Assembly (NCBI GenBank): GCA_023410575.1
Contig: JAEYPP010000083.1
Location: 149-64,148 of the forward strand
Direction: 5' to 3'
Source: Bacillota bacterium
GTDB taxonomy: Bacteria > Bacillota > Clostridia > Lachnospirales > Lachnospiraceae
Length of the DNA: 64,000 nucleotides
The notes below the pieces were generated by a model. That model was not told where the DNA came from. It saw only the letters and a program-made list of their open reading frames with translations, and did no database searches. This document shows, piece by piece, positions 31,174 to 41,800 of this stretch. Both the position numbers and the translations under genes were made by a program. The first letter of the stretch is position 1; the number at the start of each line of letters is the position of its first letter.

Positions 31174-31387
31174 AATTTTCCTCCTCTGGTTTTTTGATAT
31201 ATAAGTAATATTATATATAATTACTATATTATTTACAAGCATGGATTGATATTTTTCGTTATAATTAACAACGAAAATCCAAAAATTGATATTATAATGA
31301 ATAAATTGCATGAAATCAACTGGTTTTACCATAGGTACAGCTTTCCCTGTTTTCTTAAAAATACAGAACAATTTGGTGGATAACGCT

Positions 31388-31417
31388 AAAAAGGTGTCTG
31401 AAAATCAGACACCTTTT
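31388..31417. terminator. Bidirectional rho-independent terminator downstream of the MCP gene
   Basis: AAAAGGTGTCTGA-AAA-TCAGACACCTTTT is a perfect 13-bp stem including flanking A/T runs. Confidence 0.7.
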
Positions 31418-31430
31418 ACATAATGATTAT

Positions 31431-31541
31431 TTATTTTCTCTTCAAAGGTAACCAAATACCACTCTCATAGTCCATATCCGATGGATTACCTTCTGGACTA
31501 TACCATTCAATGTTAAATCCCATAGCTAAGAAAGTGAATCT
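31431..31541 (-). pseudogene. C-terminal fragment of a GyrI-like domain gene
   Basis: Hand translation gives RFTFLAMGFNIEWYSPEGNPSDMDYESGIWLPLKRK*. This resembles the C-terminus of the AraC/GyrI protein at 10872 (NIEMYAPP...YCEIWLPIEKI). An in-frame stop lies immediately upstream and no N-terminal part is present. Confidence 0.3.
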
Positions 31542-31575
31542 TTACCTTCTTGATCCTTTGAAATTATCCTTTGGT

Positions 31576-33048
31576 TTATATATGTTTTAGTTCTTGAGCC
31601 AAATCATATATATGTGATAGATTTTTAGAACACTGGTTCATATTCTCCACAGATACTTCTGCCGTCTTAGCTCCCTCAATGGAAGCCGCTGCAATTTCCT
31701 CACTCGTAGCAGATAACTGATTTACACTTTCAGTTATATTACCTGTAGCAGTTATGATATCACGAACATCCCTCTCAGTCTTTAGAATATTTTCATTTAA
31801 AACAAGCATAGATTCATGGATACCTCCAAATCTCTTACGGGTATTTTCAATCATTTCATTCTGCTTTGCTACAGACTCTACCGATTTGATAATGCTCGTC
31901 TTCGCTAACTCTGTATCCGAATTTAGCAACCCAATAATATTAGTAATACGATTCGATGCCTCCTTCGTCTGTTCTGAAAGTGTTCTAATTTGCTCTGCAA
32001 CTACTACAAATCCTTTTCCAGCTTCTCCTGCTCTTGCAGCCTCAATCGAAGCATTTAGCGCAAGAAGATTTGTTTGGTTAGAAATATTAAGAATTGAGCC
32101 AATAAACTTATCTACTTCGCTAACACGCTCTACTAAAAGCTCAATTACACTTACAAATTGATTGCTTGCTTCGGTTACATTATCAGCTTGATTTTTAAGG
32201 GCTTGTATTTCCTCTGCTCCCTCTTCTAAGGTTGCATTGGCTCTATTGGAAGCCTCTGTCATTCTTTCAATACTTTCTTCTGTAGCATTGGTAATCCGTT
32301 GAATATCATCACATAATTCTGCTTGCTTCTGAATGGCTTCTGCCGTACTCTCTGTACTGTCGGCAATGTTGCTCATTGCAAAACTACTAGCGTCAACTGC
32401 TTCATTCAATCGGTTGATATTTTCCTGTGTGGAGTCAAAATAGTCTGTGATTGCATCTGCAACATTATGTAATCTAATATTAGATGCTTCCTGTTGCTGT
32501 GCTTTTTCCATGATACTTCTTACATTTTCTTCGTTAAATATATACAATACCTTACTTACACATACACCAATAATCGTCATCATTAAAATAACAAAAACAC
32601 TAACAACTAGCTCTGCTAAAAATGAGGAATCATTCAAATCAAAGTTGATACTTATCCTGATAGTATTCCCCACTACTACAATTACATCTCCTATAAACAC
32701 CAATCTAGCATTCATATATATCACGGAAGTTAAAATAATTGGAAATGCATATATATATGTTGCTGGCGTGCTATTAAAGATAACAATCATGGCATATGCT
32801 AATGCTCCGCCAGTCATAATTGCAATACAACAAGCTTTTGATTCTCTCTTTGTTATAAAAGCAATTGTACTAACGACAATAGCACCAAAAGTCACAACAA
32901 GCTGTATCAACACCTTCCAAGAAGAATCTTCAAAAAACATTGATCCCAATAGACATATTACTATATAGCTAAAGATAACCATCATTGCGATGTAGGCCAT
33001 ACGATTGGCACGTCGATATTGTTGACTTGTAAGATTACTGCTGGTCAT
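31576..33048 (-). CDS. Methyl-accepting chemotaxis protein with a multi-TM N-terminal module and no large periplasmic domain
   Basis: Conserved signalling hairpin [34 protein letters not shown]. ~170-aa N-terminus with 5-6 TM helices. Confidence 0.85.
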   Translation of the reverse strand: MTSSNLTSQQYRRANRMAYIAMMVIFSYIVICLLGSMFFEDSSWKVLIQLVVTFGAIVVSTIAFITKRESKACCIAIMTGGALAYAMIVIFNSTPATYIYAFPIILTSVIYMNARLVFIGDVIVVVGNTIRISINFDLNDSSFLAELVVSVFVILMMTIIGVCVSKVLYIFNEENVRSIMEKAQQQEASNIRLHNVADAITDYFDSTQENINRLNEAVDASSFAMSNIADSTESTAEAIQKQAELCDDIQRITNATEESIERMTEASNRANATLEEGAEEIQALKNQADNVTEASNQFVSVIELLVERVSEVDKFIGSILNISNQTNLLALNASIEAARAGEAGKGFVVVAEQIRTLSEQTKEASNRITNIIGLLNSDTELAKTSIIKSVESVAKQNEMIENTRKRFGGIHESMLVLNENILKTERDVRDIITATGNITESVNQLSATSEEIAAASIEGAKTAEVSVENMNQCSKNLSHIYDLAQELKHI

Positions 33049-33292
33049 ATTTTACCTCCGTAATTTCAATAGAATTTTTTCTGTGGTTCATCACTTGATT
33101 TGAGTAGCATAATGTAAGCCTACAAAATCAAATTTATATTTGTGTTTAATAAATAATAGCATGAACCTCTGGTTTGTATTGATTCAGTGTGATATTTAAT
33201 CAAAACCATTAGTTTCATGCTATTATTATGTCAGTTATTATTGTATTTTAAGTGCATGCACTTAATTAAGTACGAAGTTTGAGATATAAATA

Positions 33293-35905
33293 CTATTTGT
33301 TATCATTATTTACAGCTTGAGCTGCTGTACGACCAGATACAAAGATTTCAACGATTGCATTACCACCTAAACGGTTACCACCATGGATACCACCAGTTAC
33401 TTCTCCGGCAGCATATAAACCTTTGATAATATTACCGTTGCTATCAAGACAATGACGGTCAATATCAACAGCTAAACCACCCATTGTATGGTGTGTAGAA
33501 GGAGCCATAACACGAACGCGTAATTGAACTCCATCAAGTGTATAAGTATCTGCTTTGTAAGAACCATCCTCGTTCTTTTCAGCGAAACCAATTAATCTGC
33601 TTGACTGAGATTTCGCAACATCTGCTGGTTGTTTGCCAGCCATAATTGCCTTATCATAGCTCTCAATAGTTTCACGAACAGTAGCAGCATCTGTAGGCAT
33701 ACCCATCTGTGTAAATAATTCAGCAAGTTGATCCACAGTTCTTACGTACTGTCTCATCTCAACATCTTCATTCTTGTATAGATATGGGCCAGGGATTGGA
33801 GCTTCTGCATTAGCGATTTCGATAAATACACCCTTAGAACCATTTACTTCAATACCATTTTTGAATTCTGCTAGTGATAAAACGTCACGTTCGGATGTTT
33901 CATTTACGAAACGTTTACCAGTGGTTGGATTGATATAGATTGCATAGTCACCACCACCAAATGCTAAGTTTCCATCATCAATCCAGCTGATTGGCATCAT
34001 CTGTGTCCAACCCATGCCAGTTACAGTTGCACCAACAGCCGCACCCATTTTGATACCATCTCCCTGTAAAGAGGAACGGTTTGTTGTTTTCGTTGAAGTG
34101 GAAACAAATTCAGAAGACCAATATTTATTGCTATCTACAACCTGTTGAAGATTAGCAGCATAACCACCAGTAGCTAAGATAACGCCCTTCTTAGCATTTG
34201 CAGTAACCTCTGTACCATCATACATCGTAGCTTTTACACCTGTTACTCTACCATCTGCATCAACAATTAAGTCGTTTGCAGTAGTTCTAACCATGATTTG
34301 ATTATGATCATTTGCATTTAAAACAGTCTGACGAGGTGCTACAAAGTAAGTTCCCCAACGACCTGGATACTCTTCTTTAGTGCCATCACCATCTGTATCT
34401 ACGTTAGCGCCAATGAACTGATTTTCTCTGTACCATAAAGCACCAATTAAAGTAGGCTGTGAATCTTCAACGAATGTTGAACCCTGCGCTGTTAACCATT
34501 GTTTTAATTCTTGACCATCCTCAATGAACTGGCTAACTAACTCGAAATCACCATAGTTCCATTCTGACATATCAGCACTTGGACGAAGACCACCATAATA
34601 AGTCTGGAAAATATGTAAATTCACAGTAGAGAATAAAGTTAACTCACCTTCTGTTTTACCAGCTTTTAACTGAGGTTCAGCCCAATCTAAATAAGCTTTG
34701 ATTTCTGTCTTTAATTCTTTTAAAGTTGGAAGATATTCTGCATGAACACCATGTTTGGATAGTTCTTTTACATCACCTGCAACAAACTCGTTGTTCTTAT
34801 AAAAATCAGCATCAAATGCATCCTCTGACCAATTTAAGATAACTTTTAATTCATCAATACATCCTTGAACTGATTTTACTTTATTGTAAGTATTTCCATC
34901 GTAACCAACACCAGTAGTAGCATCTGGATCAGCAGGATCCCATACTAGATATGGCATAACACTTTGATACTGTCCACCAGATACAACGGTGTTACCACCG
35001 ATTTCGGCATTTTTTTCAATAATAAGAACTGTGTTACCTTGTTGTGCTGCTTCTGCAGCTGCTGCGATACCTGCACCGCCGGCACCTACTACCACCACAT
35101 CCCAAGTATCTTCAATAGGAGCCTTTGCTTCATATGTAACCGTATTTTTCTTAAAAGCATCAAGATCTGAAGCACTTGCTTGTTGTGCTGCATCATTCAC
35201 TGCATTTTTAACTGCTAAACTAGTGAAAGTTGCACCGGATACAGAATCAATACCTGTACCATTTGCATTTTTGATATCATCAAATAAATAGTTATATGCA
35301 ACATCACCAACATGTTCTGTTTCTTTTGACTCTTTTACAACAATATTAGTAATTCCGTTATCACTAAAAGTTACGTCTAATACTACAGGACCATTATATC
35401 CAGAACCAGTTCCTGTATAAGTTCCTGCTTGATATGTAACTGGCACATTCTCTTTCGTTGCGGCTGGAGAACCTGAAATTAATGTACTTACATCAACACC
35501 TGCAGATTCTAATGCGGCTTTCACTGCTTCTACAATACCATTGCAAGAATTTGTTGCACCACTAATTACATCTACTTCAATTGACTGAGCTGCAATAATG
35601 TCCTTTGGAATCTGATCGATTGCGGGATCACTAAGACCAGGTGTTTCACTATGTTCTTTAATCGTAATACCTGTAATTGCATCACTTGATAATGTCACTT
35701 CTACTGTAATGTCACCGTTGTTACCCTTTCCTGTACCTGTGTAAGTTCCAGGTGTAAATTTCCCACTTCCTTCAACTGCTGTTGTTGGTTGGGTTGTTGG
35801 CTGTGTTGTCTCCTTTGACTTATCTTTGGAACAGCCAGCTAAACTAACGACCAATGAAGTAACCATTGTGGCAACTATAAGACTTTTTAATGTTTTCTTT
35901 CTCAT
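33293..35905 (-). CDS. Extracytoplasmic lipoprotein flavin reductase: two FMN-binding domains + FAD-dependent fumarate/urocanate-reductase-like (flavocytochrome c type) catalytic domain
   Basis: Lipobox SLAGCS. Two FMN_bind-type flavinylation motifs (VISGATNS, VSGATFTS). FAD motif VVVVGAGGAGIAAA. C-terminal HHTMGGL and AAGEVTGGIHGGNRLGGN. Confidence 0.8.
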   Translation of the reverse strand: MRKKTLKSLIVATMVTSLVVSLAGCSKDKSKETTQPTTQPTTAVEGSGKFTPGTYTGTGKGNNGDITVEVTLSSDAITGITIKEHSETPGLSDPAIDQIPKDIIAAQSIEVDVISGATNSCNGIVEAVKAALESAGVDVSTLISGSPAATKENVPVTYQAGTYTGTGSGYNGPVVLDVTFSDNGITNIVVKESKETEHVGDVAYNYLFDDIKNANGTGIDSVSGATFTSLAVKNAVNDAAQQASASDLDAFKKNTVTYEAKAPIEDTWDVVVVGAGGAGIAAAAEAAQQGNTVLIIEKNAEIGGNTVVSGGQYQSVMPYLVWDPADPDATTGVGYDGNTYNKVKSVQGCIDELKVILNWSEDAFDADFYKNNEFVAGDVKELSKHGVHAEYLPTLKELKTEIKAYLDWAEPQLKAGKTEGELTLFSTVNLHIFQTYYGGLRPSADMSEWNYGDFELVSQFIEDGQELKQWLTAQGSTFVEDSQPTLIGALWYRENQFIGANVDTDGDGTKEEYPGRWGTYFVAPRQTVLNANDHNQIMVRTTANDLIVDADGRVTGVKATMYDGTEVTANAKKGVILATGGYAANLQQVVDSNKYWSSEFVSTSTKTTNRSSLQGDGIKMGAAVGATVTGMGWTQMMPISWIDDGNLAFGGGDYAIYINPTTGKRFVNETSERDVLSLAEFKNGIEVNGSKGVFIEIANAEAPIPGPYLYKNEDVEMRQYVRTVDQLAELFTQMGMPTDAATVRETIESYDKAIMAGKQPADVAKSQSSRLIGFAEKNEDGSYKADTYTLDGVQLRVRVMAPSTHHTMGGLAVDIDRHCLDSNGNIIKGLYAAGEVTGGIHGGNRLGGNAIVEIFVSGRTAAQAVNNDNK

Positions 35906-36277
35906 GTTATCCTCCCTATCTTCAGCTTGTTAAATTAATCACATAAAAAGTACATCTTAATTATAAATGATATTTGTATTATGGTCAAGTATTTTATACC
36001 AATCTCCTAGGAAAAGGATGGTAATTTCATTAATTCTTTATTTTTTCTAAATTTTACTATATTTTTTCCATTTATTCTTATTACATCAATACCATTTCAC
36101 ATATAATGGGAATTTATATAAATATCACGATATGTGATGTTTCATTAAAATGTCAAACAATTAACAGAATTCCACCAATTTAAACGTTAATATAATCCTA
36201 AAGAATCCATTGCTCATTGTTAGATAAATATAAATTAAGATTGGTTACAAAAAAATCTTTATGAAGATGCAAACTTG

Positions 36278-36306
36278 TTGAAAAAAAAAACGCTTTCATA
36301 TATAAT
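36278..36306 (+). promoter_or_regulatory. SigA-type promoter upstream of tyrS
   Basis: TTGAAA - 17 nt - TATAAT, ~100 nt upstream of the ATG. In AT-rich DNA this motif has limited specificity. Confidence 0.4.
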
Positions 36307-36408
36307 AAAAATAATGTTTATCAAACTCTAGATTCGTTTGCAAAGCTTATTTTTAATAGCTTACACATACAAATCAATATTGAATACAAAATACAAGGAG
36401 GAAAGATT

Positions 36409-37641
36409 ATGTCAGAAAATGTTTATGACGTACTCTTAGAGCGCGGTTTTATTGAACAGGCGACTCACGAAACCGAAATCAGAGAGTTACTAGGAAAGGA
36501 AAAAGTAACTTTTTATATTGGCTTTGATGCTACCGCTGATAGCTTAACAGCAGGACACTTCTTAACTGTAATGGCAATGATGCATATGCAGCGTGCAGGT
36601 CATAGACCAATCGCTTTACTTGGTGGTGGAACTACTATGATTGGAGATCCTACTGGAAAATCCGACATGAGAACGATTATGACTCGTGAAGTTATTGAAC
36701 ACAACGCACAATGTTTCCAAAAACAGTTATCCAAGTTTATTAATTTTGATGATAATAATGCTATTATTGCAAACAATGCAGATTGGTTATTAGATCTTAA
36801 CTATGTCGATTTTCTACGTGAAATCGGTGTTCACTTCTCCGTTAATAAGATGTTAACCGCCGATTGTTACAAGCAAAGAATGGAACGTGGTTTAACCTTC
36901 TTCGAGTTTAACTATATGTTAATGCAATCCTACGATTTCTGGGTACTTTACAATAAATATGGCTGTAAGCTTGAGTTAGGTGGTAACGACCAGTGGTCTA
37001 ATATTTTAGGTGGTGTTGATTTAATTCGTCGTAAAGAACAAGCTCCAGCTTATGGCCTGACCTTCAAATTATTAACAACAAGCGAAGGTAAAAAGATGGG
37101 TAAAACAATGAAGGGCGCTGTTTGGTTGAATCCAGAAAAGACCTCTCCTTATGAATTCTATCAATACTGGAGAAATATTGAAGATGTTAAGGTAGAGGAA
37201 TGTTTAGGTTTATTAACTTTCTTACCAATGGAAGAAGTTCGTAGATTAGGTGCTCTTGAAGGTTCTGAAATCAACCATGCAAAAGAAGTATTAGCTTACG
37301 AAATCACAAAAATAGTTCATGGTGAAGAGGAGGCAAAAAAAGCTCAAGACGCGGCAAGAAGCTTATTTGTTAGTGGAGCAACCAGTGAGCATATGCCTAC
37401 TACTATTTACCCAATATCCCAATTTAATGAAGGAATTGACTTAATTACATTAATTATGGATGCTAAACTGGCAACTTCTCGTTCCGACGCAAGAAGAAAT
37501 ATTGAACAAGGTGGCGTTAGTGTTAATGATATTAAAGTAACTGATTTCAATCGCAAATTCACACCTTCTGACTTTAATTCAGAAGGAGCCTTGTTAGTAA
37601 AAAAAGGAAAGAAAGCATACCACTTATTTAGGGCTGAATAA
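36409..37641 (+). CDS. tyrS: Tyrosine--tRNA ligase
   Basis: 410 aa. Class I motifs ([14 protein letters not shown] as the HIGH region, KKMGKT as KMSKS). C-terminal S4-like domain ([17 protein letters not shown]). Confidence 0.95.
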   Translation: MSENVYDVLLERGFIEQATHETEIRELLGKEKVTFYIGFDATADSLTAGHFLTVMAMMHMQRAGHRPIALLGGGTTMIGDPTGKSDMRTIMTREVIEHNAQCFQKQLSKFINFDDNNAIIANNADWLLDLNYVDFLREIGVHFSVNKMLTADCYKQRMERGLTFFEFNYMLMQSYDFWVLYNKYGCKLELGGNDQWSNILGGVDLIRRKEQAPAYGLTFKLLTTSEGKKMGKTMKGAVWLNPEKTSPYEFYQYWRNIEDVKVEECLGLLTFLPMEEVRRLGALEGSEINHAKEVLAYEITKIVHGEEEAKKAQDAARSLFVSGATSEHMPTTIYPISQFNEGIDLITLIMDAKLATSRSDARRNIEQGGVSVNDIKVTDFNRKFTPSDFNSEGALLVKKGKKAYHLFRAE

Positions 37642-37681
37642 ATAATTAACTTGTTATAATATAACGATAGGAGGGGTGATT

Positions 37682-38758
37682 ATGCCTTGGTGTCCAAAAT
37701 GTAAAACCGAGTACAAAAAAGGGGTTGCTGTTTGCGTTGACTGTGGCTCTGAGTTATCAGACGAACAGCCTGAGATTTATGACTACTCAAAACTATGTAC
37801 ACTCGAAAAAAAAGAAGTAGCTGAGAAACTAATAAAATACTTAGAGTATTCCAACATTATTAGTCACTTTGAGTATGAAGAGAATGAACTAGGATATGTT
37901 GTGTATGTACGTGATGATGAGTTAAAAAAAGCAAAGAAAGCCTTTAATGCCTTTTATTCTGTTGAGCTAGAACTACTCTCCACTCCTAATTCTGAAACTA
38001 TTATTTCTCTTAAAACTGATGAAGAGACACTTTCTAATAAAGAAGATCTTTCTGATATAGAGACTCTTTCCGACGAGGAGACACTTTCTGATAAAAAAGA
38101 TCTTTCTGATGACATTGTTAATTCTATGGATACTAAAAAGGATGCTGATGAGGATAATTCAGTTGCAGACATTGATGCTGATTCAGAAACTAAGACATTT
38201 GTTGATTATGATGGTATCACAGAAGAGGAAGTTGAATTACTTCAAGACAGATCACAAATAACGAAGATGATGTATGACGGTGGTACTTACGAGAAAAAAA
38301 GTGATAAATTAAAAGATTTGAAATCCACAGCAGTAACATTCTTCTTCTTTAGTTTTGTTGTTTTGATTCTTATCGGATTGAATCTTATTGGAATTGTTAA
38401 TTATCTTGGTGGAATACTTCAATATTGCATTGTAACAGCTATGGCGATTGGCTTTTTAATCGTAGGTATTAATTCTATACAGAGAGCAAAAAAAGTTGCA
38501 AAAGAAGCAATCAAGGAAGCTGAAGATATCCAAAAGATTACTGATTGGATGAATCTAAATGTAACAGAAGATACAATCAATGAGTTGAAAAATCCTTCTC
38601 TATCCGATGAAGCTAATTTTATTCACATTATGGATGCTATCAAACGACTTATAGTGGATGAATTTGATATAAGGGATGATGCATTTCTTGACTATATAGT
38701 TGAAGAATTCTATAATAGCAAATTTGGTGTACAATCCTTTGAACAAGAGGAAGTATAA
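37682..38758 (+). CDS. Zinc-ribbon / DUF2007-like membrane protein with an acidic Ser/Asp/Glu-rich repeat linker
   Basis: CPKC...CVDCG zinc ribbon, small alpha/beta domain, ETLSD/DLSD repeats, two TM helices, C-terminal helical domain. Start set to ATG 37682 behind AGGAGG with 7-nt spacing. Confidence 0.6.
   Translation: MPWCPKCKTEYKKGVAVCVDCGSELSDEQPEIYDYSKLCTLEKKEVAEKLIKYLEYSNIISHFEYEENELGYVVYVRDDELKKAKKAFNAFYSVELELLSTPNSETIISLKTDEETLSNKEDLSDIETLSDEETLSDKKDLSDDIVNSMDTKKDADEDNSVADIDADSETKTFVDYDGITEEEVELLQDRSQITKMMYDGGTYEKKSDKLKDLKSTAVTFFFFSFVVLILIGLNLIGIVNYLGGILQYCIVTAMAIGFLIVGINSIQRAKKVAKEAIKEAEDIQKITDWMNLNVTEDTINELKNPSLSDEANFIHIMDAIKRLIVDEFDIRDDAFLDYIVEEFYNSKFGVQSFEQEEV
38021..38110 (+). 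repeat. In-frame tandem repeat inside the zinc-ribbon protein gene
   Basis: The 36-nt unit gaagagacactttctaataaagaagatctttctgat recurs at 38075-38110 (gaggagacactttctgataaaaaagatctttctgat), with an 18-nt half unit between the copies. Confidence 0.6.
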
Positions 38759-38773
38759 CCTAAAAACAATTTA

Positions 38774-38842
38774 AAAGAACCCTCGTGGAGTTACAGTTCT
38801 ATCATCAATGATATGAAAACTATAATTCCGTGAGGGTTTTAT
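38774..38842. terminator. Long imperfect hairpin between convergent genes (bidirectional terminator)
   Basis: GAACCCTCGTGGAGTTACAGTT...AACTATAATTCCGTGAGGGTT, flanked by AAAA and TTTT. Confidence 0.55.
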
Positions 38843-38895
38843 CTATTTATACTCTATTATTTGATAATCATTTTCCTTATAGTTCCTTTTCTTTG

Positions 38896-41800
38896 TTAAC
38901 GGAAAATTTCTTCAAGTTCTTCCTTTGTTAACGTATTAATGAAAACTTCTTTCGATTGAATAATCGCATCAGAAAGTTCCTTTTTCTTACGTTGTAATTT
39001 AAAAATTTTCTCTTCAATTGTATTCTTTGTTAATAGCTTAATGACATGTACATTATTTTTTTGACCGATTCGATAAACTCGATCCGTTGCCTGCTCCTCT
39101 ACTGCTGGATTCCACCATGGATCGTAATGAATCACAGTATCTGCTCCGACTAGGTTTAAGCCAGTTCCACCAGCCTTTAGAGAAATTAAGAAAATATCCC
39201 CCTCTCCGCTATTGAAACGTTTTACATAATCGTTACGTTCGGTTATTGGTGTACTTCCTTCCAGATAAAAATAATGAATCCCCACTTTCTGTAACTCTTC
39301 TTCTATAATTTTTAACATCGAAGTAAATTGGGAAAACACAAGAATGCGATGGTCATTTGCCATTGCTTCTTCAATCACTTCAAGTAATAGATCAAGCTTT
39401 CCAGAACCACCATTATAGTTTTCAATAAATGTACTTGGGTGACAGCAAATCTGACGAAGACGTGTAAGAGCCGCCAAAATCTTCATCTGACTCCTTTCAA
39501 TCCCCTTAGTCTGAATCTCACTAAAAATGTCACTTCGGATCTCTGATAGATAGGAAAGATATACTTTTTTCTGTTCCTCCGTCATCTCAGTCACAATCTT
39601 CTCTTCTATCTTCTCTGGAAGATCATCCAAAACATCCTTTTTCATACGTCGAAGAACAAATGGGTGAATTCTCTTATTTAAATTATTAAGAGCTTCACTA
39701 TCTTCTTTTAAAATTTGTTTTTCATAGCGATTGACAAACTTTGAGTGTGTCATAAGATAGTCTGGCATAATAAAATCAAAGATCGACCATAGTTCGGACA
39801 AACTATTTTCAATCGGTGTACCTGTCAAGGCAAACCGATGTTTTGATTCTAACTGTTTTACCGATATTGCATTTTGGGAGGAAGCATTCTTTATGAATTG
39901 CGCTTCATCTATAAATACGGTATTAAACGTAATCTTCTGATAATGTCTTACATCTCTACGCATCAAAGGATAGGAAGTAATTAATATATCATATTGTTCA
40001 TAGCTTTCAATTAATGTTTGACGCTCCTGTGGATTTCCAGTAATAACAAGAGCATTTAGAAATGGGGCAAAAGTTTCAATTTCATCTTGCCAGTTAAATA
40101 CGAGAGAGGTTGGACACACGATTAAAAATTTTCTGTGTTCTTCAACGTGCGAATTTACTTTACCTGCAATATAAACAATTGATTGTAGTGTTTTTCCAAG
40201 ACCCATATCATCAGCTAGTATACCACCTAAATTATTGTCTGCAAGTGAATTTAACCACTGATAACCGATTTTTTGATATGGGCGAAGAGTTGCCTCGATT
40301 TGATCAGGTACTTCATAAACTTTTTTTATCGGATTTAGTATATGCTCAATTAACTCTTCAAAGTGAACATTCTTTTCTACGATAAAATCTGTATGATTTA
40401 GAGTTTCTTCTAAATAAAATGCTTTATTCTTTGATAATTTAATTGGTTCTGCCGTCAAGGACTTGACAGAAACATTCAACTCCTCTAACATACTTGATAC
40501 TTTAGCAATTCTCTCATCTTCTAAGTCGATAAAACTACCATCTTTTAAACGATAGTATTTCTTTTTAAGTTGAAACGAGCGAAACATTGCCTTTAATTCA
40601 TCCTTAGGAATACTCTCAGTGTCTATATCCATTTCTAATAAATCGATATCATTGCTCACACGTAAACCTACATGGAAATTACTTGTTGACCGAACACCAA
40701 TTTTCTTAAAGCTTTCTGAGTAATAGGTTTCACAAACACTTGTAAGTTCTTGCATTCTTTCTGTTAAGAATTCAAAGATGCTTGTATCATTTTTCATCAG
40801 AAAAAACGTAGAATGTGGTTCGAAGTCCATCTGTTCGAGTAATCGCATAATCTCATATTCTTGTTCTTTTTGTCGGATAAGAATATATTCTTCTGTACGC
40901 GGGCTCTCGAAACAATTAAATTCGTATTCTCCATACTTAAATTTTAGTTCCGCTTTAATTCCATTATTTAGTTTGTCTAGATAAACAATACATTGCAATG
41001 GTAATTGAAGATAACGGCTCTTTAATCCTTCTGGAATCTCAATGTCCATAGTTTCATGGAGTTTTGGTAAAACTTCCTCAAGAAAACGTTGTTTCAACTC
41101 ACCATGAAAAGATAACGGTTTTTTATCTTTTCCTAAAGTATTATAAAATGGCACGTAATTTCTTGTAAATTTCTGTGTTGGAGAATAAATATTACCATTA
41201 AAGTAAATTAAGGAACCATCCTCTGATAGAGATACAACTGGTTCCCTCTCTTTATAATCTAAAAGTATCCTGTCATCATAAACATCCAGTTCATAAGCGA
41301 TATTGGGATTCCCTTTTTGGTAATGAATATCATCCAATTTGCGTTGATATAATTCCAATCGGAACGGATTACTACCCATTAAGCTTAAAAACTTCTCTAA
41401 CATGCGCTTGGTCAACATAATCTGATGTTTTGCAAATATTTTTGAATAGGATGTTTTATCAATTACTTCTTGAATTTCAAAAATTTCCAATAAAAAATCT
41501 AGCAGCTGAGTAGAGGTTTTATCGAATTCACTCTCACCTGCAATGAATTTAAAGTCTTTTCCTAGAACAATATTTTCTTTTCCATTATAATCAGTCAGAA
41601 ACTTCTTTATCGATTGAACCTTATACATATGCGTATTTCCAACATGTAACATAAGCATTGCATAATTATCGTGTCGTAACATTGCTGGAATTATTATCGT
41701 AGGCAACACACGAAATACTTCACCTTCTGCTTTTGTGTCATCTTGATTCGCAAAATAGTCAAGTACTTGATATGCTTTCTTTTCTTCTGGAGTCTTTGGT

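Noticed and set aside
30865-31371. The 168-aa version of the first V-ATPase ORF, and the long N-terminal extensions of several track ORFs (2805..3524, 20316..22223, 26705..27691, 28836..30881, 46230..47144, 47282..48403, 48501..50285, 53766..55715, 58447..61932, 62631..63257).
   Set aside because: In each case an internal ATG preceded by a good GGAGG-like SD at 5-9 nt gives the canonical family N-terminus. The upstream extension is AT-rich read-through, overlaps the neighbouring gene, or uses part of the SD as its start codon.
35906-36408. T-box riboswitch expected upstream of tyrS.
   Set aside because: No T-box consensus, specifier-loop context or terminator/anti-terminator pair was seen by eye. 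Reported as an absence in the findings, not as a feature.
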